A stretch of 64,000 nucleotides of DNA from Macrostomum lignano. Lineage: Eukaryota. Each line of letters begins with the position of its first letter. The stretch's first letter is position 1. Positions 13,391-43,335 of this stretch are shown here, piece after piece. Below the pieces are notes generated by a model, which was not told where the DNA came from, searched no databases, and saw nothing but the letters and a program-made list of their open reading frames with translations. The position numbers were made by a program, and so were the translations under genes. The stretch is taken from contig NIVC01000283.1 of NCBI GenBank assembly GCA_002269645.1, forward strand, positions 62,001-126,000. Reading direction: 5' to 3'.

Positions 13391-13480
13391 ATTTATTTCT
13401 GAGACCTGAGGCCCGAAGGCTTCCCCACAAGGGGGCCGGAAGGTCGAAACCCATCACATATTTGGAAATATAGGTTGAAA
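13391..13480 (+). ncRNA. Degenerate type I hammerhead ribozyme candidate (Penelope/retrozyme-like)
   Basis: CTGA (13399), GACCT...AGGTC stem II with inner GGCCC/GGGCC stem, GAAAC (13446), stem III closing on GGT-T (13473-13476). The core lacks 3 nt (CTGA instead of CTGATGA) and stem I is weak. Confidence 0.4.
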
Positions 13481-14694
13481 ACCGGTTTTTCGGACTATGT
13501 AATGATTACTTGCTGTTTATGTAATATTGCATGTATTACTGAAAATATAGAGTATGACGCATGTTAGTTTTTTAAATATTAATCATGTTTTTATCTTACT
13601 ATTTTTAGTAGCCAACTAGGCTTGGAGATCTCTACACACGGAGCAAGTACCAGAAAGATTCTCACTCAGCTTAGATACTAGGAGGTCCCGTCAGTTCATA
13701 CGGTTGTCTCTGACGGCCTGATAGAAGAGTCAAAGAGCTGTCAGAACCTTAGACCGCTAGACCTATTTGCAGAAAGTAAACGCGTACATTATATCTAGTA
13801 TCTGTGGTCAGAAGACATTTTTAACCCCTTAAAATACGCTTCACAGTTTTTATTTTTATGTGGAGGCATTGAGCGCTAGAGAGCTGTTTATTAATACATT
13901 AATACCCATGGTTTAAGGGCGTTAATGGGAAAATCAGAGGGCGCCGTTATAGATCTTGTACGATGTAGCAAGTCGCCCAGATCTGGTAAGTTTACCTAAA
14001 TATTATTATAGCGAAGATCTTGCACGTTCTTTGCAAGTACTTGCGCAGCAACACAAGAAAATAGACAAGATCTGCTAAGAATCTACAAGTCAATGTCTTC
14101 TAGGGACCCAGCAGTCTGCATGATCAAATATGAGATATGATAAAATTAAAAAACAGTAATACGTATACCAAGAAGCTTCAATTTCAACAACTAGCTAGGG
14201 GACCGATAATTTTACATCGGGATCCCAATCCAGTTCTAATAAATTTAATTGAACTAAAAATATTACCTAATTAATCTTTATATGCGTATAAAAACCTTAT
14301 TACTTTCGCTTTTGTTTGCATCTCTTACTTACATACACTTCGTTATACTGCATATAAGTTACGCAATGCAAACCGTGGTAAACTCGTCAACACAGTTGAC
14401 AAGAATAAAAAGTTGACGAGTTTACCCGGATCCGCTAAAAAATCTAATCTTTCTTTTCCCTTCACGCCCAGACTCTGCTCTGGTAAGTCAATTACTGAAG
14501 TTAAATATATTGCTGCCTAGCCTAATTAATTAGTGGTTAGTGCTATTGTTAGGCTAGGGCTCTAAAAATAAATGATAGAAAAACAATAATTGATAGCCAT
14601 GCTGGCCCTACCTAGAGGCAGGGCCTAGGCCTACTACTTTACTTATTTTGATCTTGATATTAGTAATAGATTAGTAATAGTAAAGAATACCACC

Positions 14695-17600
14695 CTCCAA
14701 GTGGCTACTGCGTGGCTGCTCGGACGGACGGCATCCCATACGCCCCAGAGGAAACTGACGCTGCTGCGGCAGCGGCGGACGGAGCTAGCGCTGCCCCCGC
14801 GGCCTTTCAAACTGACGACAATGGCCGTGACAGCAGGGGCCCGATGGCTCGTGCCACGGACAACCGCCGCATTCATCGACCCAACTTCCGCAAGAGACAA
14901 CCAGAAGACCGCCAAACGTGGTGCACAGGCTGCCGGGGCTGCCGCTCCGCGTGCACTGAGCGAGACAAACCCTGGCCTAAACCAGGAACTGCCGTGCCAA
15001 ACATGCCCGAGCGGCCCGCTGAAGACACGAGAGCCCCGGCGTGCGGGAGCACCACCTCCCTAGCCGGAAAAAAAACCAAAAAGGCAAAAAAACATACCGG
15101 CAGGGGGGGGGAGTGATCATCCTCGTGCGCTCCGACGTCAGGTATAGCGAAGAGCGAGACTACCAAAGACCGGACGATAAGCTTGATACGGCGTCTACCA
15201 CCATATTCCCGAAGGGCCAGGCCTCCATCACCCTTGCCAACGTCTACGCGCCCCCAACTAGCTCGCAACGCCAAGAAGCCTGGATCCCTGACCTCTACAG
15301 TTTACCGTCTCGCGGCAATGTGGTGCTTGGAGGAGACTTCAACGCGCACGGCTGCTGGGATAGGTGGATGGAAGAGGATGCGAGGGGCCACGCCATCGAA
15401 GAATGGTGCTCCAACAAAGGCCTCCATATCTGCAATAATGGCCAGCACACTCGCACTAGCCCAGCAACTGGTTCGCGTAAAGCGCCGGACATCACGATCA
15501 GTGGCGGACAGCTCGCGAACTATATCAGCGATCGCTGGAGAACTGAGAAAGACATCGGCAGCGACCATCTGCCCATCTCGTTCCCCCTCGCCGCCGACAA
15601 ACGCCCCCCCCCCAGCATGGCTGCACTCGCTGGAGCTTCCGTAAAGCTGACTGGGGCTGCTTCAGGGCGCACCTGGAAACGATCCAAGGACCTCAAGCCT
15701 GGCCCTCTGCTGACATCGAACGTGAGGCTCTCTGCGCCGACATCCTCGCGGCGGCAGCCATAGCCATCCCCAGAGGTAGCCCCGCCTGCAGGCGCACCCC
15801 TTTTTGGAATGCCGAGTGCGATTCGGCAAGAGCCGCCTGCTCGGAGGCCAGAGAGCGCGCTAAATGCGATCCGTCTACTGTCAATCTCACGGCTTACAAC
15901 CGGGCAAGGCACCAGGCCGGCGCCACCATCAGACGCGAGCGCCAGCGCTTTCTTGAAGAGCGGGCCAGCAACCTCACAGCGGACAGCGACCTGTTTGGCC
16001 TTCTTCGGGTCAGCCGTGGCGACACCGCGCCTGCCCGAGGCAACGTTGATCTCATCAGACGCGATAAGAATGGTGCTGATAAGAATGGACCGGCGAGGAC
16101 CCGTAAGGAGAAAGCGGACGTTTTCTGCCAAATGTACGCGGCCGTGTCGCGGGTACCAAGACGAAAGAGTGACAGCGCCATCAGAAACCAAGCCATTGAA
16201 GCACACAGGAAGGCCCGCCAACCTCCTTCCCTGCTCTCCATGTGTGAGCTTCGCATTGCTCTTAAGAAACTCAAAAGCAGAAAAGCTGCCGGGCCCGATG
16301 GCGTCTGCAATGACATGCTCAAGAGACTGCCCCCCAAGACCGACCAGCGGCTCCTGGACCTCGTCAACCAGACGTGGAGGACCAAACAATTCCCTCGCGC
16401 CTGGCGCAGGGCTATCATTGTGCCTGTTCTCAAGAAAAAACAAGGACGCGTCTGCCCCGGAGTCGTACAGGCCGGTGTCGCTTACCAGCTGCATAGCGAA
16501 ATGCGCTGAGCGCATGGTCCTGGCGCGGCTCATCTACGATCTGGAGTCCAAGGGCCTCCTAAGTACAACGGAGGAGCAACTAGCCCGTGTCTGTCAGGAT
16601 GTCTTCAACGGACTTGAACGTCAACCACCACATCGAAGCATCCTGGCCCAGATGGATTTCAAGGCGGCCTATGACAAAGTCTGGCGCGACGGCCTCACGG
16701 TTAAAATGGACCGTATTGAGACAGACGCGCATATCATCGCCTGGACCCACGCCTTCCTCTCAGACCGGCACGCATGCGTCCGCTACAAAGGCACCTACAG
16801 CCGGCTTCGCGCGTTCCGCGAGGGCCTGCCGCAGGGCTCCGTCCTAGCTCCAATGCTCTTGTGCATCTATGTCAATGACCTCCCGACAGTCATCGCGAGA
16901 GCGGCACCGGACTGCGGCACGAGTCTCTTTGCCGACGACTCGGCGCTCCTCGCCACTCACCGCACCCTCAAAGGTTGTGGGGCCATCCTCCAGCCTGCCT
17001 TGGACGCGGTCGCGGCCTGGTGTCAGGAATGGAAAGTGACGCTTAGCACTAACAAATTCTGCTACACCACATTCACGCTATCACCGGCGGAGGCTAATGG
17101 CAAGCTCAGCGTCTCCCTCACCCTGGCTGGTGAGCAACTCAGCTACTGCAAGAACCCGACTTTCCTGGGGCTCACCCTGGACGACCAGCTCACGTTCCTA
17201 CCCCATGTGAACTCCGTGCGTCGTCGGATGACTCAGCGCCGGAGAGCTCTTGGCAGCTTGGCCTCCAGACGCGCTGGCGCCTCGCAGACCGTGCTCAGGA
17301 CCGCCTATACTGCGACGGTCAGAGCTCTGGCCGAGTACGGTTGTGGGATCTGGGCGGCCAGCGCTGTCCGAGCATTAAGATGCTGATTGAGCAGCAGCAG
17401 AACGCCTGTGCCCGAATCATTACGGGCTGTCTCCTACCCACCCGCGTGACCAGCCTCCTCGCCGTCGCTGACCTGCCACCTTTCAACAACATAGCCCTGG
17501 AACGTGCCGCCTGCCTGAGAGAACGTGTTCTCAGACTCGCCCCAGGCATACCGGCGACAGCCTCGGCGTCGAGGCAGAGTGAGCCCCGCCTCCGCAACCG

Positions 17601-18761
17601 AGCCTTTGAAAGCGAGAGGCGGCAGCAGGCTGAGGATGCTACCAACGTCAGGCAAATGGACCCCGACAAAGGCGGCCGCGCCTTGCTGAAGGTGGAGTAC
17701 CAGCGTCCGCACTGTGGATGCTGGCGATGCTTCAGCCAGGAGCTGTGCACCGGCCTCGACGACCTGGCCAGGGATCCGGTGCAGCCGTGGGTTAACCCGA
17801 AGATCCTCGACGACGGCGGAGGAACCGTCAGCTTCCACCTTGAGTTGGGAGAGACCTGCAGCCGATGGCTCCCCGCCAGCATTAAGAAGGAACCGGCCCA
17901 GCACCTCCTGGCGGCCATGGCGCCGGTGGATATTGAGCTATGGACCGATGGATCGGCCAGTGGTGGTATCAACAACGCGTGGGGCGTGGCTGTGGTCACA
18001 ACGCGCCTTTGGTGCAGCACCGTCGCAGCCCCGGCCGGCCACATCGCCAGCAGCTTCCAGGCCGAAATGGTGGCCATCCAAGCCGGCCTCAGCTACGTCA
18101 ATGAGCTGCCAGCCTGTCACGGCACCACTATTCGCCTCAAAACTGACTCCCAGTCCGCCCTGAGTGCGCTCGAGGCTAGTCCTGGACAGCAAGCCACCGG
18201 CACTGGCCGTAGCTGCTGGGACCTGCTCGCCCTGCTGGCCGCGTCCAGCCGCACCTGCGAAGTCGTCTGGGTGCCCGCGCACTGCGGCATCGGCGATAAC
18301 GAGCGGGCTGACAAGCTAGCCAACAGCGCCAGAAATACCGATCAACAGAACGGGCCAATATTGCTTCAGGCGGCCAAAGCAGCAATCCGAAGAGCGCGCG
18401 TTGCGCTGGACCGTCAACTCGTTGGACCATCATGGAAGAGCCCCCCGAACAATCTCAGCCGGAGCGAGGTGGTGGCCATCAACCAACTGCGGGCCGGCTG
18501 CTCCAGTCTGGCACAGGCCACGCGTCACCGCCTTGGCATCACCGACGACCCGCGGTGCTGGGACTGTGGACTTCCGGACACGGAAGACCACATCCTGCGG
18601 CAATGCCCACGCGGGGATGCGCTCCGCGCCAGACTCCGAGCAGGAGACATCCTTGACCATCCAGAGGACGTGCTAGTGCTCCTGCGCAGGTTGGGGCGTC
18701 TGTGAGCGCCCTCCCCCAGCTGCCGGGGCAGCGTTGTGGGGTGTCGGAAAAAGAAGAAGAA
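14695..18761 (+). mobile_element. Ingi/I-group non-LTR retrotransposon, near full length, frameshifted (APE - RT - RNase H - CCHC)
   Basis: APE motifs NVYAPP, GDFNAH, SDHLPI (15041-15763 frame). RT motifs KAAGPDG, SYRPVSLTS, DFKAAYDKV, GLPQGSVLAP, LFADD. RNase H motifs LWTDGS, QAEMVAI, TDSQSAL, WVPAHCGIGDNERAD. C-terminal CxxC...H...C. (AAG)n tail at 18748-18761. Candidate TSD ACCACC at 14689-14694 and 18762-18767. Confidence 0.92.
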
Positions 18762-18777
18762 ACCACCGCAGCAGCAG

Positions 18778-20734
18778 TCACCGCAGCAACAGATTTGCGG
18801 GTCGATTCGTTGGCCTGGCGTGCGGTAGTCGTCTGCTGACTGGTACGCCATTGAAGTTGGGCTCTCGCAGAGGGCCATGCAAGAAGACCTGATGGTCACC
18901 AGGTGTCGCGGAGAACACCAGGTATCCATTGTCGAATTGCATAGGCCTTGTGAGAGTTGCTCTGGCGTTGCCTTGACAATTAGAGGCCAGCCACTTTAAG
19001 AAATTTATTTGGTTATTATTATTGCAGGTCTCGCCGTCGAAGATGGAAACCACCGGCACGACGTTCTGACGGCCTGCTGTTGTTGCCTACTATTGGCATT
19101 TGTCCTAGCAGCTGACGCATAAGAGCGCCCTAGATCGTCGCGACGTTGGCCAGTACTACCGCGCCCCGCACCGACGTTGCCGCCGCCGTACCGGACGCGG
19201 GAACTGCTAGGCGCTGCAGGACCGGGCGCGCCGGCCGTCTCCCTGATGCCTGGTTGCCCCGGGTTGCCACGCTCGACCACAGGCCCGGCGCGACCATGCC
19301 CATGCCCGTCGTGTGCAACTGCCGTCGTAGTTAGGCCTCCGCGCCCCAGCGTGCCAGTGCCAGGTGGATGCGTCATACTGAAGGTGAGCGAGATTCTGAC
19401 GCCATCCTGGACACCGATAGCTGGGACACTGTGTCGGCACTTTCGTTGGAATGCACTTGCCATAATGATCACGGACCCAGGCTCAGTGCTAAACCGCGCG
19501 ATAACCCTTTGATCGTCATTGCGCACGAATCTCCGTACAGTGCCAAGAGAAACAGTGGCAATTTACGGGTCAACCCCGAGCTCGGGTTTGTCATCGGCGT
19601 GGTAGGAAATTTTATCATCGGCGGTCTCATAAAATTTGATGAGGCACGAATTGAATTTGGGCATGCCGAGGTCTGCGTTAAACTCCAAGAAGTCTCGCAG
19701 GTCCTCGACAGTGCTATACATCATTGGACTGTAGCGGTACACCTGAGTACGAGTAGCTGGGACCGTACCAAATCACCCTGCGCTGCTCGTGCGGCTTATG
19801 CCTAACGGCCTTCGGCAGAAGGTCGGTGATAAGGCGGTCGTACAGGTCTTGTGCTACCGACTCTAGCATCTTGGGGTAGTACTCAAAAATTTATGTCATC
19901 GTAATGCTGGATATTTTCACCGGACTTATCCCGGTGCGTTGGGAAGCCAATTGGACTGATTGTAGTCGGCTGTGTCCTTGTCAGCCTCCATATTGACAGC
20001 ATTGTTAGCCTCGCTTTCAGATCTTTCAGACTGAGCGCTCGGCGGATGCCACAGCACTGGGGGCTTCGGCCAAGCCGGCTCTTTCCAGTACCGTGGGAGA
20101 GCCGCTGGACGCTGAGACATCGGAGTCGGCCGGAATCTCAATTACAGTTGGTGGATCAGTGGCAGCCGGGTTCGAAAGCACCGGTGACCCGGGGACCGAG
20201 AGTCAAGACCCTGGAGTCAAGGTACTAGGCTCAAGCGGCGGCATCGTCTTGTTCGAAGGACCAATAGACGAGCGTCGCTTCTGGGCCGGAGGCATGGGTG
20301 TACGGCTTGTCGTGTTTCTACGAGCTACTAAGTGGTGACGGCCGTTGCACTAGACACCATCTTGCTTGACCAGTCTGAGGACTGTGTAGTATTGGGTTTC
20401 TTACTCGGCAGCTCTGCTAAGCAGATCCTCGTACTTAGTACTCGCGCCACAACAGGCGGTTTGGCGGTTTAGAGCTGCTGATTTGTTCGACGATCGGGCA
20501 GAGTGCGTTCGACGTTGAATGGAGTGGCCAGAAACCGTGCTGCCGGTTCTGGAGATGTAGGTCACGACTAAGGACAGGTAGGAGCACTTTCATGGGGCGG
20601 TATGAGGCGCCATCGTATGGACTGCCTCGCATTCTCCTTTCCATCTCCTCCCCACTCTCCCTCTCACTGCCCGCATCCTCCCCACTCTCCATCTTACTGT
20701 CCGCATCCTCCCTAGCCACCTTACTGTCAGCCAT
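18778..20734 (-). pseudogene. Decayed intronless ORF of about 650 codons with a central AlkB-family (ALKBH2/3-type) 2OG-Fe(II) dioxygenase domain; probable mobile-element ORF
   Basis: Translation of about 19887 down to 19375: EYYPKML...RRVIWYGPSYSYSG, FNSCLIKFY...ISYHADDKPELG.DP*IATVSLG, PGSVIIM...Q...RHSVP...RISLTF. HxD at 19601-19593. Stops at 19716 and 19565 plus frameshifts. Flanked by Ser/Pro and Gly-rich linkers and an SYASAA motif before a globular C-terminal segment. Confidence 0.8.
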
Positions 20735-21548
20735 GGACACGTTTTTGTATTAGTATTCCTGTTTTTATCTTTCATATTGAGATCAAATTTAGAGGTCATA
20801 GTTATTATAAATACTACATTAACTCGCGGCAAGACAAAGAGCGTCATTCCCATGGTTTAGCTTTTCCTCTAGCAAGCAGCTTTCTTTTGACACTAAATGA
20901 AGTAGCAGGCAACCTAAATTAATGGCGCAACGGACTAGGGACTGATTCTTTTTACTAGCTATCTCAGTTTTTACTTCAAAATTCTACTTCAAAAAAATAT
21001 TTTATATAAAATTCTTGAAGGGTCGTCTTAAAACGTCTGAAAAAGGTAAAAACTAAACTACTTTCATCCGCTTGTCCAGCCAGAGAAGTCATCGGAATTC
21101 TTACTTAAATGTCAGAAAAGTGTTTGCATTATGAAGTCGGTAAAGTGTCACCCTCAGGTCTACAATCGACTGTCGGTGACAGTAACTTCTAAGTTGGTTT
21201 AGTTTAAGCATTCAAGGTAAGGATTACTAAAACATTGCAGTTTGAATGAGTCCAAATATGAAATTAAGACAAATACGCACGTATAATAGAACCCATTGAC
21301 GCATGGTGATATTTTTAGCTGCATGATGGCAAACTTTTGAGCATTATTAAAAGCGTACAATTTCTATTGAAGCTACTGTAAATTACGTGAACAATAAATT
21401 AGTTATGGTAGGAATGTTTTGTTGCTGTAAAAGATGAAGAAGCTATTAGATATAATTAAAAAGGCACACAAATTATGGTTGAAATATAGCAGCTACACAC
21501 TGTAAAGAGGAAATTATAGCTGTTTCATCAGTTAGATCAAGGCTTGGT

Positions 21549-40496
<18,948 letters not shown>

Positions 40497-42201
40497 CTGA
40501 GGAGATTTAAATGGCATCAATTTTAAGATTCAAAGTCGTATTGTTAAATTGTACATCTGATTAAATTTACAAAGTTATATGAACAAATTAATATATATTT
40601 TGAGGCCATCATCAAATTTTTTTGGCTTAACTAGTAACGAATTTTGCTTTATATTTCTGTGTAGATCCTGTCATTAGTAAGTGAAGTGCGCTAACGACAA
40701 ATTAGTATTTTATCTAAAAATCTTACCGTTTTACAAGCGTCCATTCTGTACTGATATAAATTTCTCAAAATATATGCTCCATATGCTCTCTAACTAAACT
40801 TACCAGATTTGGACCGAGAAATTTTTGTAGCGAGTGACTGTTAGGTCACATTTAGGCCGTACACTAGATGAAAAGATAGGCATTTTAGCTTAATATAAAA
40901 GATTTGCGATTAAAGTCACGTCGCAAAAATGCTATAATTCCATCAAACTAAAATTTCGCATAAAGCTAAAAAACTTCTTTTAAAAACAGTAGTAAATATT
41001 TTAAAATGTTTATTAATTTATAAATTTTACATCTAAATGCTTGTAAAAAAATTTACACTGTAAGTATAAAAAAAACCATAGTATTGTTTGTTTTAACTAG
41101 TTATACTGAGCCTTTAGAAATTCAACATGCCCCTAATGTTCCTAGAATTTAGACTTTATGGATTTATTGAATTGCGATATTCTATGTTTTTATTTCTTAT
41201 CTTAAAGTTTCAAGTTGTTTGACCGTAATCTTTTTTTGACTGGTACTGGTACGGTCTGTCGCCTGACGGTGACACTCTCCGTGCTGCTACTAGCACGAGC
41301 TTAGATAACGTGTGTGCCTCTAGTATATCAGTGACTTTAAAGCCTTTTTAAACACAGAAGACATACGAGTTGACTCATAATTTATCATGTTGAAAAGCTT
41401 CTGTCTGTCAACGCTGACCTTAAAACACATTAGCACGAATGCTAGAATATCTCTTTAGCAAATATTTTTCAATATAAACTATATCGTAAATTCGTAATAG
41501 GGAATTTTTTGCAATAGATGTATTATAGCATCTTGAAGTTGGACTCTAAGAGTCTAGAGATATGTAATTTCAAAACTTAGTATCAGCAAAAAACACAGGC
41601 TAGGTTTTTCAGTTTTTTTATGTAATATAATAATATTAATAAAATAATATACTAATAATATCTATTAGACTATTGCTGCAATTTTGTACCTTGAAAAGTC
41701 AATGTTTTTATCAATAATAATAATAATAACAATAATAATAATAATAGCAGCTAATTTTGCAGCTAATTTGTAGGTACCTTGTATGGCACTCTTAATAGCA
41801 TTGTCTTATAATTAACACTAAGCAAATTTTATTTATTATATTCACTCTAAAGCATATATATTTAGATACTACACTTATATTATATTTAAATTTATATATT
41901 CCTATACGATATATAGCAACTTTGAATTTCAAATTGATTAGAAATATTCACTTTTTGACTTGGGATACTAGCAATGAGATAATTATTTTGTTGTTAAATT
42001 ATTTATTATTTAACATAAATAGCTAAAATCATTTTGTGAAGCACCTTAATAAGTGCAAATATTCTTAGAAATTTAAGGTTGATTAAGAAGTCCTAATGCT
42101 AATAAATTAAAAAAAGTTATATATTATTGGTTTTATATATTTGATAGGAGTCCAATTAATTATTCAATTAAATATTATGCTTTCAGCAAAGCAAGCAAGC
42201 C

Positions 42202-42527
42202 ATGCAAGTCGGCACAGCCCACTCGGACCCAAATCCTAATCATATCTACTTTAATTCTCGGGGCATCTGGATGACCTACATAATCTTCATCCTGATTGCT
42301 CACTTCATCATTCTGTCAATTCCTTTTATCAGTGTTGGATTAGCCTGGACCCTCACCTGTCAGGTGCATAATTTCATCACATACCTGTGGCTGCACTGGG
42401 AGAAAGGTGCTCCATTTGAGCCGCTGGACCAGGGCGAGAGCCGAACCCTGACCCACTGGGAGCAGCTGGACGATGGCGTGCAGTTCACTGCTAACAAGAA
42501 GTTTCTGCTTGTCGTGCCCACTGTTGT
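42202..42527 (+). CDS. ORMDL: ORM1-like sphingolipid biosynthesis regulator, exon 1
   Basis: M.VGTAHSDPNPN...NSRGIW, AWTLT...HN, LHWEKGAPFE..DQG..R.LTHWEQLD.G.QFT..KKFL. Donor GT|GTGAGT (phase 2). Confidence 0.97.
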
Positions 42528-42599
42528 GTGAGTTCAAATTATGACAACTAGTCATTCATTTCCACTGAAATCGTTGCTGGGACAAGAATCGCTCTAAAG

Positions 42600-43327
42600 C
42601 AGGGGTCGGCGAACTTTTTTACCTCCAGGGCCAGAATCGTCAATTCAGCTCATGTCTGTGAGCCAGATAGGAGTGGAAAGGGGAGGGGAGATAATATAGG
42701 TAGGATGAGAGAACAAATAAAAGAGGAGAGAAGAGGAGAGAGGGAAGAATAGAATGGAGATCGGAGAGAAAGAAAGGAGAAGAGAGGGGAGAAAGAAAGG
42801 AGAAGAGAGGGGAGAGAAGAAAGGAGAAGAGAGGGGAGAGAAAGAAAGGAGAAGAGAGGGGAGAGAAAGAAAGGAGAAGAGAGGGGAGAGAAAGAAATGA
42901 GAAGAGAGGGGAGAGAAAGAAATGAGAAGAGAGGGGAGAGAAAGAAAGGAGAAGAGAGGGGAGAGAAAGAAAGGAGAAGAGAGGGGAGAGAAAGAAAGGA
43001 GAAGAGAGGGGAGAGAAAGAAAGGAGAAGAGAGGGGAGAGAAAGAAAGGAGAAGAGAGGGGAGAGAAAGAAAGGAGAAGAGAGGGGAGAGAAAGAAAGGA
43101 GAAGAGAGGGGAGAGAAAGAAAGGAGAACAGAGGGGAGAGAAAGAAAGGAGAACAGAGGGGAGAGAAAGAAAGGAGAACAGAGGGGAGAGAAAGAAAGGA
43201 GAAGAGAGGGGAGAGAAAGAAAGGAGAAGAGAGGGGAGAGAAAGAAAGGAGAAGAGAGGGACCCGAGGGCCGGATAGACAGGTTTCGAGGGCCACTTGTG
43301 GCCCGCGGGCGAGTTTGCCTACCCCCG
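42600..43327. mobile_element. hAT (Charlie-like) MITE in the ORMDL intron, with an internal 25-bp purine satellite
   Basis: TIRs CAGGGGTCGGCGAACT and AGTTTGCCTACCCCCG; perfect 8-bp TSD CTCTAAAG at 42592-42599 and 43328-43335. Internal array GAGAAAGAAAGGAGAAGAGAGGGGA at about 42720-43261. Confidence 0.9.
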
Positions 43328-43335
43328 CTCTAAAG

